Assembly: GCA_048939995.1 (NCBI GenBank)
Contig: JBHLOY010000005.1
Span: 32,001-96,000 of the forward strand
Source: Promethearchaeota archaeon
GTDB lineage: Archaea; Asgardarchaeota; Lokiarchaeia; Sigyniarchaeales; SOKP01
DNA length: 64,000 nt
Direction: 5' to 3'
The notes under the pieces are model-generated. The model was not told where the DNA came from. It was given only the letters and a program-made list of their open reading frames with translations, and did no database searches. A program made the position numbers and the translations under genes. Below, one piece after another: positions 26,660 to 36,644 of this stretch (its first letter is position 1; each line of letters starts with the position of its first letter).

Positions 26660-28576
26660 ATGGAATTCGATTATAAAGAGCTCGGACTGAAGTGTGGCTT
26701 AGAAATTCATCAACAATTAGATACTGAGACAAAGTTATTTTGTCGATGTCCTACTATACTCCAAGGAACAAGAGAGCCAGATTTTACAGTCAAAAGGTAT
26801 ATGAGACCCGTACTGGGAGAGATGGGAACATTTGACAAAGCTATGCTCACAGAATATGAAAAAGGTATGGACATTATTTACGAGGGTTATAATGATGTTA
26901 TTTGCACCTATGAATTAGATGATACCCCTCCTTTTTCATGTAATAATGAAGCTCGAAGGATTGCTCTGCAAATCGCCCTACTATTGAATGCTAACATTAT
27001 TGAAGAAATGCATGTATGTAGGAAAAATTATTTAGATGGAAGCGTTCCGAGTGGCTTTCAGCGGACCATGATTCTTGGAACTGATGGATATATAACATTA
27101 GAAAATGGAAAAAATATTAGAATAGATATATTAAGTCTGGAAGAAGAAGCTGCGAGAAAAATAAAAACTGAAAATAAAACCAACTACTTTCGTTTAGATC
27201 GGTTAGGAATTCCATTGGTTGAAGTAACTACTAAACCAGATATTAGCACTCCTGATGAATGCAAGGAATGTGCGGAACGTATAGGATTATTATTCTGGTC
27301 AACTAATGTTAAAAAGGTTATCGGTTCTATACGTCAAGATGTTAATGTTAGTATTAAATCAGGCACAAGGATAGAAATTAAAGGAGTTCAAAAATTAAGC
27401 TGGATTATCCCTTTAATTAATAATGAAGTTTCTCGTCAGATTAATTTAATTGAAATTAAAAATGAATTAACTAATAGAAAAGTAAATCCTAGTGATATTT
27501 CTAAAGACTTCGTTGATATATCAGAAAAAATGATAAGTATAAAATCTAAGTTTATTCAGAGGGGTTTTAAATCAGCAGAAAGGTTATACGGGATTAATTT
27601 CAAGAATTTTAAGGGAATTTTTGGAAAAGAATTAATGAAAGATTATCGATTTGGAACAGAAGTTAGTAGTAAGGTAAAAGCTATTGCTGGACTTAAAGGG
27701 ATCATTCATTCTGATGAAAATCTCCAAAATTATGGCATTACAGATGATAATGTTGAATTAATTAGAACTTTACTAAATTCAAAAGAAAACGACAGCTTTA
27801 TTTTGTTACTTGGGATTGAGAAAGAAGTGATTAAAGCGCTGGAAGTAATAATTAATCGCATAAAATTCGCTTTTATGGGAGTCCCTCCTGAAACAAGAAG
27901 AGCCTTAGAAGATGGTAAAACCGAATTTCTAAGAGAGCTACATGGTGGAGCAAGGTTATACCCTGATACAGATTCCAAGGCAATAATTAATACATCTCAA
28001 GAAGTCAAAACAATAAAGAAAAATTTACCAGAATACCCTTGGGAAACAATTAAAGAATATTCAACAAACTATAATACAGAAGAACGTATGATAAAAGAAT
28101 TAATTTTTAATGATAAACTAAAGCTGTTTGAAAAATTAATAAAAATCTATCCTGAAAATCCTACAATTTTATTTACAACTCTCTTAGAAACTACTACAGC
28201 TTTAAGAAGAGATGGAAAGAATATAGATTTAATTTTAGACGAAGATTATATCAAAATATTTCAAGAATTAAAAAGTAAGAGTATAGGGAAAGAAGCCATT
28301 GAAGAAATTATGATCACTAAAACAGAAAATCCTAACTTAACCATAAATCAAATTAAAGAAAAGTTAAAAATTGAGAGTATTTCAATTGAAGAATTAAACA
28401 AGATAATACTTAAAATAATTAAAAAGAACATTCAAGTTATAAAAGAAAAGGAAATGAGAGCAATAGGACCCTTAATGGGAGAAATTATGAAGGAAGTTAG
28501 AGGCAAAATCGATGGAGCTATAGTTTCAAAAGAATTAAAAAATCAACTACAAAAAAAGTTAAAGGAGTTGAAATAA
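26660..28576 (+). CDS. gatE: Glu-tRNA(Gln) amidotransferase subunit E
   Basis: GLKCGLEIHQQL, KLFCRCP, SGFQRT, RLDRLGIPLVEVTT, IRQDVNVSI, GVPPETR, RLYPDTD. Confidence 0.97.
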   Translation: MEFDYKELGLKCGLEIHQQLDTETKLFCRCPTILQGTREPDFTVKRYMRPVLGEMGTFDKAMLTEYEKGMDIIYEGYNDVICTYELDDTPPFSCNNEARRIALQIALLLNANIIEEMHVCRKNYLDGSVPSGFQRTMILGTDGYITLENGKNIRIDILSLEEEAARKIKTENKTNYFRLDRLGIPLVEVTTKPDISTPDECKECAERIGLLFWSTNVKKVIGSIRQDVNVSIKSGTRIEIKGVQKLSWIIPLINNEVSRQINLIEIKNELTNRKVNPSDISKDFVDISEKMISIKSKFIQRGFKSAERLYGINFKNFKGIFGKELMKDYRFGTEVSSKVKAIAGLKGIIHSDENLQNYGITDDNVELIRTLLNSKENDSFILLLGIEKEVIKALEVIINRIKFAFMGVPPETRRALEDGKTEFLRELHGGARLYPDTDSKAIINTSQEVKTIKKNLPEYPWETIKEYSTNYNTEERMIKELIFNDKLKLFEKLIKIYPENPTILFTTLLETTTALRRDGKNIDLILDEDYIKIFQELKSKSIGKEAIEEIMITKTENPNLTINQIKEKLKIESISIEELNKIILKIIKKNIQVIKEKEMRAIGPLMGEIMKEVRGKIDGAIVSKELKNQLQKKLKELK

Positions 28577-29944
28577 ATGGAAGATAACTTAAAGGGTTAT
28601 AAAGGAAAAGCTAAAGAATTTCTAAAAAGAAATAAATTAAATATTTGGGATATAGTAAGCTTAAAAACCGAAAAAACTCAATTAGAAGGAATATTGTTAC
28701 CTCGATATGAGCATTCTGCTCCAAATCTAATTGAACTTAAGCTTGAAAATAACTATAATATTGGGATAAATATTAACGAGATCACAGAAATAAGGAAAAT
28801 TGGGAAAAAAGAAGCCCATTATAAAATCCCAGAAAAAAAATTTCCTCATAATAATAAACTACCTAATATTAAAATGTTAGGAACCGGTGGAACTGTGGCA
28901 TCTCGATTAGATTATACCACAGGTGCCGTAATTCCTTCTTTCACACCAGGTGAATTGTTCAGTTCTGTCCCAGAATTAGCAGAAATTTGTAATCTTGAAT
29001 GTGAATCCGTGTTTGAAATATTATCTGAAAATATGAAACCTGAGGATTGGCAAAAATTAGCAGAAAAAATTAAAGAAGCAGCAAATTCAGGCATTGAAGG
29101 AATTATCATCGGTCATGGGACTGATACCATGAGTTTCACAAGTGCAGCATTATCTTTTATGCTAAAAAACTTATCTATTCCAGTAGTCTTAACAGGCAGT
29201 CAAAGAAGCTCAGATCGTCCATCATCTGATGCTGCTTTAAACTTAATTAATGCTGCTACCGTTGCCACATCTGATATTGCAGAAGTGGTTGTTGTAATGT
29301 TGGGTTCACCATCTCACAATTACGGGTTAATTCATAGAGGAACCCTTGTTAGAAAAATGCATTCTTCAGTTAGAGACACTTTTAGAACTATAGATGATAT
29401 TCCTCTAGGGATGGTAAGGAATCGAATTGTGAATATGTTTAAACAAAACTATAATAAGAGAAAAAAGCAAGAAGTCATTGCCCTTACTAAATTTGAAAAG
29501 AAGGTAGCCCTAATTTATTCATATCCAAGCTTAGAACGTGAAGTAATTGATTTCTATATTGATAAAAAATATAAAGGAATTGTATTAGCAGGCACAGGAT
29601 TAGGTCATGTAAGTAATACTCTCTATAAGGCTATTGAAAGAGCCACTCAAGAGGGAATTACGATCTTAATGACAACACAAACCTTACATGGGTTCACTGG
29701 AATGAATGTTTATTCAACAGGTCGAGAATTGCTTCACATAGGTGTAATTCCAGGACGGAATCTTTTACCAGAAACTGGGTATGTAAAACTTGGATGGGTT
29801 TTAGGGCAAACAAGCGAACCAAACGAGATTAAAGAATTATTATTAAAAAATATTGCGGGAGAATTCATAGATAGAGAAATTCCAATCGCCTTTAATTATA
29901 ATATCGACCAACTATTAAAAGATAAAAAACTCTTGCTTCAATAA
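28577..29944 (+). CDS. gatD: Glu-tRNA(Gln) amidotransferase subunit D
   Basis: LKLENNYNIG N domain, TGGTVASRLDY, HGTDTM, GSQRSSDRPSSD, RKMHSS. Confidence 0.97.
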   Translation: MEDNLKGYKGKAKEFLKRNKLNIWDIVSLKTEKTQLEGILLPRYEHSAPNLIELKLENNYNIGININEITEIRKIGKKEAHYKIPEKKFPHNNKLPNIKMLGTGGTVASRLDYTTGAVIPSFTPGELFSSVPELAEICNLECESVFEILSENMKPEDWQKLAEKIKEAANSGIEGIIIGHGTDTMSFTSAALSFMLKNLSIPVVLTGSQRSSDRPSSDAALNLINAATVATSDIAEVVVVMLGSPSHNYGLIHRGTLVRKMHSSVRDTFRTIDDIPLGMVRNRIVNMFKQNYNKRKKQEVIALTKFEKKVALIYSYPSLEREVIDFYIDKKYKGIVLAGTGLGHVSNTLYKAIERATQEGITILMTTQTLHGFTGMNVYSTGRELLHIGVIPGRNLLPETGYVKLGWVLGQTSEPNEIKELLLKNIAGEFIDREIPIAFNYNIDQLLKDKKLLLQ

Positions 29945-30030
29945 ACCTTAATTTTAAAAGTATTGCACAATAAAAAATTTAAGTTAGAAGTATCTTTTTT
30001 TTCTTAATAAATATTTGAGTAGAAAATTCA

Positions 30031-30534
30031 ATGACAGAGCAAGATTTAAGTAAAATGTTCAGTTGTCCTCGCTGTGGAACCATGGGAGCTATTTATGTTT
30101 TAAAAATTGCGGGAGGCAGAATGGTTATTAAACAAAGATGTCCAATTCATGGAGGTCGAAGCTATAACGTTCCTTTAATGCAGAAAGATCTTTTTCTTCC
30201 TTATATTAAAGACGCGGTCTTTCGCTGTTTTAAGTGTGGTCAAGAGGCTAAAGTAGATTACTTAAAAATAAAAGGCCCTTGGACTCTAATTAGATCAAAT
30301 TGTCCGACACACGGAAAAAAATTACCTATCCAGAAAATATGGACTTCTGTCTATAATGAACTTTCAGCTGTAGCTGATCAAAAAATGCCTCCAGATATGG
30401 AACAAAAAGAAATTCCATTAGAAGAAGAAACAACTCCAAGTGAGGAAAAAAAATTCTGTCCCAATTGTGGAGCGCCAATAACTGGAGAAGAGAATTTTTG
30501 TGGCGCCTGTGGTTCAAAATTAGAAAATTTGTAA
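30031..30534 (+). CDS. metal-binding protein: two CxxC...CPxHG modules plus C-terminal double zinc ribbon
   Basis: CPRC..CPIHG, CFKC..CPTHG, FCPNCG..FCGACG. Confidence 0.75.
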   Translation: MTEQDLSKMFSCPRCGTMGAIYVLKIAGGRMVIKQRCPIHGGRSYNVPLMQKDLFLPYIKDAVFRCFKCGQEAKVDYLKIKGPWTLIRSNCPTHGKKLPIQKIWTSVYNELSAVADQKMPPDMEQKEIPLEEETTPSEEKKFCPNCGAPITGEENFCGACGSKLENL

Positions 30535-30652
30535 TTCAATCTAATTTTTTTTTTTCCTAATCGTATCTAAAGATTTAATCCCTTAAAAATCTCTAAAAAT
30601 GAAAAAAAATTTAAACTTTCTTTAATTACAAAAGATTAATTCAATCATATCA

Positions 30653-31390
30653 GTGATCCTTATGGGGAAACGTATATTAGTGCAAAGAAAAGGACACGGA
30701 AATCTATGGGCACGATCTCCAAGTCACCGACATATTGGTAATGTGAAATACCGCCCATTCAAAGAGAAAGAAAAACTTCGTAAATTTAAAGTGTTAGAAT
30801 TTATTCATTCACCTGGAAGAGGTGCTCCAGTAGCGAAAATTCAATACGACGATGGCCAAAAAGGATTTTGGTTACCTCCTGAAGGAATTTATGAAGGAGA
30901 GGAATTTTTTCAATCAAAAACGGGATATGGTCAAGATGTAAATATAGGAAATATCCTCCCTCTTAAAAAGATTCCACTCGGAACTCTTGTTTTTAATGTT
31001 GAGGGGACTCCAATGGATGGCGGTAAGTTTGCTCGCGCATCGGGCGTTGCGGCTATTGTACAGAACAAATCAAAAAGTAAAGTTCAGCTACTATTCCGTT
31101 CCAAGAAAAGCAAATGGTTTAATGAAAATTGTTATTGTACAGTCGGAGTTGTTGCTGGCGGTGGAAGAACTGATAAACCATTCCTGAAAGCAGGAAATAA
31201 ATTTCACTCCTTAAAGTCTAAAGCAGCTAAATGGCCTGTAGTTCGCGGTTCTGCCATGAACGCTAGCGATCATCCTTTTGGCGGCGGACGTCATAAACAT
31301 CCTCACATTTCTACGACCACTTCTCGAAATGCTCCACCCGGAAGGAAAGTTGGATTAATTGCAGCTCGACGTACCGGATATAGAAAATAA
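30653..31390 (+). CDS. rpl2: 50S ribosomal protein L2
   Basis: MGKRILVQRKG, HSPGRGAPVA, GGGRTDKPFLKAG, RGSAMNASDHPFGGG, PPGRKVGLIAARRTG; start probably ATG 30662. Confidence 0.98.
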   Translation: MILMGKRILVQRKGHGNLWARSPSHRHIGNVKYRPFKEKEKLRKFKVLEFIHSPGRGAPVAKIQYDDGQKGFWLPPEGIYEGEEFFQSKTGYGQDVNIGNILPLKKIPLGTLVFNVEGTPMDGGKFARASGVAAIVQNKSKSKVQLLFRSKKSKWFNENCYCTVGVVAGGGRTDKPFLKAGNKFHSLKSKAAKWPVVRGSAMNASDHPFGGGRHKHPHISTTTSRNAPPGRKVGLIAARRTGYRK

Positions 31391-31397
31391 TAATTAT

Positions 31398-32393
31398 TTA
31401 TTTTTGTAAATTTAACTTCATAGACTTATTTTCTAGTATCCATTTAAGAATTATCCCAAAAATTAATGATTCTTGACCTTCCATACTATGACCGCAATTT
31501 CGTAATAAGATAGCATGTTCATCTGGGATTCCCGATTGGATCTTATTTAATTGAAATGTTAGTGAAGGTGGAAAAATGTTATCGTCTTCACCATGAATAA
31601 GATAAACACGATCCTTATTAAATTCGGGATCATTTTTCAAGTAATAGTGTGCACACAATTTTAATGCTTTTTCATCTTTCACCTTCGACATTACACGCCT
31701 CACGAACCATCCGGAGGAGAGAAACGGAAATTTTCCCCCAACTAGAATTTCAACGTCATGTAAAGCACTAATCCCAATAACCATCGCAACACGTTCATCT
31801 TGATAGCATTTTGTTAATACAGAAGTCCCTCCCATTGACTTTCCTATACAACATAAAGATCCTTTCCTAACATCTTCAAAAGAGCAGACTAAATTTATAA
31901 TAATATCAACATCAGTATACAATTTATACCACTCTGATTTATTTCCACCAGCTTCTCCATGCCCTCTTTGATCAAAAGCAATAGTAACATAACCCATATG
32001 GGCTAAAGCAATGAGATTAATTTCATTAACTTCTTTATTCCTCCAAAATCCGTGAAAAAATATAATGGTTGGTCTTGGTTCAGGATATCGACATCCCTTA
32101 GAGGTCAATGTTGTCTCTGAAACTGAACGATAAAAAATCCCAGCCGATTTAACACCATCTTCGAATTTAATTTCTACTTTTTGAATATCTACAGTACTTT
32201 TAGAGATATTTTCAAAATGACTTTCTGGTCTGTGGATTCCTGCTTTGAAAAGCGCAAACCCAACGAAAATAGAAATAATAATATATATAATTCCCAGAAA
32301 TAAATTTTCGTAATCAATAAAAATAACCAAAATCAAAATGCTGTTAATAATTATGAATATAGGAAAAATTAATAATAAAATCCAAAGTCGCAT
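31398..32393 (-). CDS. membrane-anchored alpha/beta hydrolase
   Basis: Two N-terminal TM helices, FFHGF, FDQRGHGE, GKSMGG nucleophile elbow, IHGEDD, CGH. Confidence 0.9.
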   Translation of the reverse strand: MRLWILLLIFPIFIIINSILILVIFIDYENLFLGIIYIIISIFVGFALFKAGIHRPESHFENISKSTVDIQKVEIKFEDGVKSAGIFYRSVSETTLTSKGCRYPEPRPTIIFFHGFWRNKEVNEINLIALAHMGYVTIAFDQRGHGEAGGNKSEWYKLYTDVDIIINLVCSFEDVRKGSLCCIGKSMGGTSVLTKCYQDERVAMVIGISALHDVEILVGGKFPFLSSGWFVRRVMSKVKDEKALKLCAHYYLKNDPEFNKDRVYLIHGEDDNIFPPSLTFQLNKIQSGIPDEHAILLRNCGHSMEGQESLIFGIILKWILENKSMKLNLQK

Positions 32394-32455
32394 TTTTAAA
32401 TAAATAAATTAAACCTATTTTTACTTTGCTTTTAAAAAAATAATGAAGAAAGAGA

Positions 32456-33346
32456 TTAATGACCTTTAAAATTCAAAGTAATATTTTTCAATAATTCTTT
32501 ATATCTGGAGCGGAGAGTCACTTCTGTGACCCCTATTATTCGAGAAATGTCTTTTTGACTCACCTTAACGTTTCTTAATTTTGCTATTAAGTATAAAGAT
32601 CCCGCACATAGACCTTTAGGATCTTTCCCTGATATAGATCTTCTTTTTATATAGTTTTGAAGCACTTGAACTGCCTCTTTTTCCACTTCGATTCCCAAAT
32701 TCAGGTCTGCGCAATAGCGGGGTATTAAGGAGACTGGATCTATATGGGAAATCTTTAAATTTAATTCCCTTATAAGAATTTTGTAACATTTTTTAACAAT
32801 ATTATCATTTATTGAAGCCTCATCTAATATCTCTTGAAGCGTAATTGGCACTCTCTCATCTTTGCAAGCATAATAAGCGCAAGCAGCAACCATTCCGTTA
32901 ATAGAACGCCCCCTAAGCAACTGTCTTTTAAAAACCTCCTTATATAACCGAACAGCTGACTTCTTTACTCTTTCTGGAAAATTTAGATTTCCTCCAATTC
33001 TTTTTAGTTCTGTAATAGCCATGAGCATATTTCTTTTTTCCCATGATAAATGTGTATTCCATTTTGCTGCCCTTCTTAAGTCAGGATTCTTAATTTTTGT
33101 CCTGTCAATAACCGTACTTAAACCAATATCTGGCATTAAAATTGACATGGGTGACCCTGTTCTTTCCTTCTTATCTTTTTCATGTTTTGAATATGCCCGA
33201 ATTCCACTATGATTTATGTCAAGTCCTCTCTCTCCAACAACTAAACCACATTGCTTACATACAGTTTCTCCTCTTTCTTGGCTAATTATTGTTGCACCAC
33301 CACATTCTGGGCAAATATTAGACAGCGCATCTATTTCAACAACCAT
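32456..33346 (-). CDS. tfb: transcription initiation factor IIB
   Basis: CPECGG..GETVCKQCGLV zinc ribbon, ERTGSP, LLRGRSI, GKDPKGLCA, GVTEVTLRSRYKEL. Confidence 0.96.
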   Translation of the reverse strand: MVVEIDALSNICPECGGATIISQERGETVCKQCGLVVGERGLDINHSGIRAYSKHEKDKKERTGSPMSILMPDIGLSTVIDRTKIKNPDLRRAAKWNTHLSWEKRNMLMAITELKRIGGNLNFPERVKKSAVRLYKEVFKRQLLRGRSINGMVAACAYYACKDERVPITLQEILDEASINDNIVKKCYKILIRELNLKISHIDPVSLIPRYCADLNLGIEVEKEAVQVLQNYIKRRSISGKDPKGLCAGSLYLIAKLRNVKVSQKDISRIIGVTEVTLRSRYKELLKNITLNFKGH

Positions 33347-33933
33347 ACTTTAATACCTCAACCTTATTTTTGATAAAAAATTTTTTTGTCGCTTTTTTCA
33401 TGCGAAAATTTTGAACACAATTAGTATGATTTTTTACACACACATATTTTTTTGTTATGATCAAATTAGCTCATTTTAGTATTTAAATATTATGGTCAGA
33501 AACTCACTATTTATAAATGATTTATAAACAAATTTTCCCTTTTTTTTTTTTACAACAAATTAAAATTTTGCTCAGGAGTATAAATTTATTAAAATTTTTT
33601 TTAATAAGGAGTTTGGTGTAAAGGGAGTTAATAAAGACACATAATATCCAGACATGATTTTACAAATAAATGTGGATCTTAAATTTCACCATATTTCAAT
33701 TTTTTCACACGAATTGAAGGGAAAAAAAAGAAATAATTATCACTTTTATTTGGCTTATTACGCCCTTAAATCAAAAATTCTTATTTACATAAAATTAAAT
33801 ATATGAAATACATTATCATCTTGATTTGATAACAAATCTATCCAAATATAAAGGTGATCCTTAAATCACTAAAGCGCCTTATAAATCTGATGACAAGGAA
33901 AAAGAACGGGAATTAGACAAGTCAGATAGAGAT

Positions 33934-34893
33934 ATGAACAAGGATGAACAAAAACAAAAAGATAATGAATTAGATGATATTAGAAGAACATTTAATGAAG
34001 AAGAAATTGAAAATCTTGATTTAGAGAGTGAATTAGGGAAAAAGTTGATAGAATTATATGAAGATCAAACAGAAAGACATGCTGTTTGGCGTGGTAACGT
34101 TACTGAGGCTTTTAAAAAGTGGTTAAAGGGAGAAAAAATATATAGTCGTGAAAAAGAACGCATCTCGTTATATGTAGAAGAAAAAACTAAAGATGAATGG
34201 CAAGAATTTATCAACAAGAATAAAAAGGACTTTCCAACCTTTTCCGAGCTAATTAGACAAGGAGTAAATACATTTATAGAAGATTCTAAACTAGGAGGGA
34301 ATCCATTGTCAAAATTGTATCAAAAAACTATTTCTAATATTTCTCACGCATTAAAGGAACCCCTTACCTCAATCAAAGGTTATTCACAATTTTTATTTGA
34401 AAATGAAACTTATAAAGAAAAATTAAGTGAAGATGTTCAAGAAAAACTTAAGAATATATTAGAACAAAGCAATATTCTTGAAAATAGAATAATAAGCTTC
34501 TTGGACAATATTAAAATCCAGAACCATGAGTATGATATCCTTTTAATCGAAGATGATTTAGCAACAATTCGATTAATTACAAGTTATTTTGATAGCAAAG
34601 GATATATGTGCAAAGGCGTCGTTAGTGGTTCAAAAGGATTAGAGGAATTAGGGAGAGCTCAACCAAAAGTAATTTTACTAGACATAATTCTACCCGACTT
34701 AAGTGGGTATGATATTTGTAAAACCATAAAATCAGATAAGGAGTTTAAAAAAATACCAACTTTCTTTTTAACTGCAATTTCTGGTTCTGAAGTCGAAAAA
34801 CATTTAAAAGAAACTAAAGCTGATGGATATATATTAAAGCCATTTAACTTTTCTGATTTTAGAGTAATTTTTGACATTTTGAATGATGCCTAG
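33934..34893 (+). CDS. RHH + HisKA (DHp) + receiver-domain protein (paralog A)
   Basis: RISLYV...FSELIRQGV RHH; SHALKEPLTSIKGY H-box; ILLIEDD, LLDIILPD, FLTA and ILKPF receiver motifs; no HATPase. Confidence 0.85.
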   Translation: MNKDEQKQKDNELDDIRRTFNEEEIENLDLESELGKKLIELYEDQTERHAVWRGNVTEAFKKWLKGEKIYSREKERISLYVEEKTKDEWQEFINKNKKDFPTFSELIRQGVNTFIEDSKLGGNPLSKLYQKTISNISHALKEPLTSIKGYSQFLFENETYKEKLSEDVQEKLKNILEQSNILENRIISFLDNIKIQNHEYDILLIEDDLATIRLITSYFDSKGYMCKGVVSGSKGLEELGRAQPKVILLDIILPDLSGYDICKTIKSDKEFKKIPTFFLTAISGSEVEKHLKETKADGYILKPFNFSDFRVIFDILNDA

Positions 34894-35034
34894 TCATCCT
34901 TACATAAAGAGTAACTCTTTTATTTTTATATAAAAAATTTTTTATTTTTACAAAAATTAATTTTTATCTGGTAATCAATATTAGTTTTCAAATATTTTTT
35001 ACATACAGATATAAATTTATACATACTGAGATCT

Positions 35035-35988
35035 ATGGCTGAGCAAGAAATTCAAGACAGTAACCATGACGATAAGGATGAGCATAATGCTCCATTAATG
35101 GCTGATGAAGAAATTGAAAACCTTGATTTAAATAGCCAAAAAGTAAAAGGACTGATGAAAAAGTATGAAAAAGAAACTGATAAATATGCTGTCTGGCGTG
35201 GAAATGTTACTGAAGCTTTTAAGAGATGGTTAAAAGGAGAGAAGATTTATGATCGCGATAAAGAAAGAATTTCACTCTATGTATCTGAAGATACTAAAGA
35301 TGATTGGCAAGATTTTATAAACCAGAATAAAGAAACTTATAATACGATTTCGAAACTCATTCGGGATGCGGTTGATTATTTTATTCATGAAAAGTCTAGC
35401 ATTCTCGGTGATCGCTTTAATAAATTGGACACTGAAGCTTTAACAAATCTTTCTCATGCACTAAAAGAACCTTTAACTACAATAAAGGGTTTTTCCCAGT
35501 TATTACTTGAAAATTATCAAAACCAATTGGATGATAAAATATTAACAACTATTCAGAATATCTTTGATCAATCTCTTCTTCTTGAAAACAGGATTATTAA
35601 TATTCTTGATAATATAAAAATAGAGTCAACCCAGTATGATATTCTATTAATTGAAGATGATTTAGCCACAATTAGGCTACTCACAAGTTATTTTGAAAGT
35701 AAAGGATATACTTGTCAAGGAGTTGTAAGTGGCACAAAAGGAATCGAAGAATTAAGAAGTAATCTTCCTAAATTAATATTACTAGATATTATCCTCCCAG
35801 ATTATAGTGGTTATGAGATCTGCAAAATGATTAAATCAGACCCTAAATTAAAAAATATACCTGTATTTGTTTTAACTGCTATCCCTGGATCTGAAGTCGA
35901 AAAACATATGAAAGAAATTAAAGCTGATGGCATTATCCTAAAACCTTTCGATTTTTCTGATTTTGAAATTATTTTCAAATTATTATAA
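35035..35988 (+). CDS. RHH + HisKA (DHp) + receiver-domain protein (paralog B)
   Basis: RISLYV...ISKLIRDAV; SHALKEPLTTIKGF; ILLIEDD, LLDIILPD, VLTA, ILKPF; highly similar to the upstream ORF. Confidence 0.85.
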   Translation: MAEQEIQDSNHDDKDEHNAPLMADEEIENLDLNSQKVKGLMKKYEKETDKYAVWRGNVTEAFKRWLKGEKIYDRDKERISLYVSEDTKDDWQDFINQNKETYNTISKLIRDAVDYFIHEKSSILGDRFNKLDTEALTNLSHALKEPLTTIKGFSQLLLENYQNQLDDKILTTIQNIFDQSLLLENRIINILDNIKIESTQYDILLIEDDLATIRLLTSYFESKGYTCQGVVSGTKGIEELRSNLPKLILLDIILPDYSGYEICKMIKSDPKLKNIPVFVLTAIPGSEVEKHMKEIKADGIILKPFDFSDFEIIFKLL

Positions 35989-36111
35989 AATTCCTCTATT
36001 AAAAAAATCAAAAATTAATGATCTTTTTAGCTTTAGTGTTATCCTAAAATAGAAGATTTCTTATATTATATCTACCTTATTTTACTAAGTAATTATACTT
36101 CTAATATGGAT

Positions 36112-36248
36112 GGGCTATTGGCGCAGTCAGGTAGCGCAAATATCTCATAAATTTTTTATGAGTTAGTAGAACCGGCTCTTAACCGGCAGGTCGGGGGTTC
36201 AAAATTTCATTAGGCTTTCCCTAATGATTGAAAATCCCCTATAGCCCG
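36112..36248 (+). tRNA. tRNA-Lys(CTT) with two non-canonical introns (about 36140-36171 near position 27/28; 36204-36234 at 59/60)
   Basis: Acceptor GGGCTAT/ATAGCCC, D stem GCGC/GCGC, CCGG-CT-CTT-AA-CCGG, T arm GGGGG-TTCAAA^T-CCCCT; both inserts form hairpins. Confidence 0.88.
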
Positions 36249-36366
36249 CTTTTAATTATGTAAGGTCACACTCATCCTAAAGAAAATGAGATTTACTTTT
36301 GTATTATGTAATAGTCAGTTAGAAGTTAAATCAAAATGTTTTACTCTCTTTTTACCCTTATATGAG

Positions 36367-36467
36367 CGCAGACGGAGGGACTCGAACCCTCGAGCGCTTT
36401 CGCGCACCGGCTTGCTTGAATAAAGCTTTACTCAAGGCCGGCGTCTTACCAGCTAGGCTACGTCTGC
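36367..36467 (-). tRNA. tRNA-Ser(TGA) with canonical 37/38 intron (36413-36430)
   Basis: Reverse complement GCAGACG...CCGGC-CT-TGA-G[18 nt]A-GCCGG; long variable arm GCGCGAAAGCGC; GAGGG-TTCGAGT-CCCTC-CGTCTGC-G. Confidence 0.9.
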
Positions 36468-36644
36468 GTATTAAAGATAATCTTTTACCTTATTTAGTAT
36501 TAACATATTTAGTATTAAAATAGATTATATTTAATATAATAAATCTTTTTTTATTCTTTTCTTTACAATGGTAAGGCTTTTACGTTATTTACGGAAAAAT
36601 ATAAATTTTACCCCATATTTAACTCTTATTGAGATGGTGTAAAA

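Noticed and set aside
33853-33933. GGTGAT Shine-Dalgarno-like element followed by in-frame ATC 33865 as an alternative start for the 33934 gene
   Set aside because: ATG 33934 already gives an N-terminus of the same length as the paralog; the extension is unsupported
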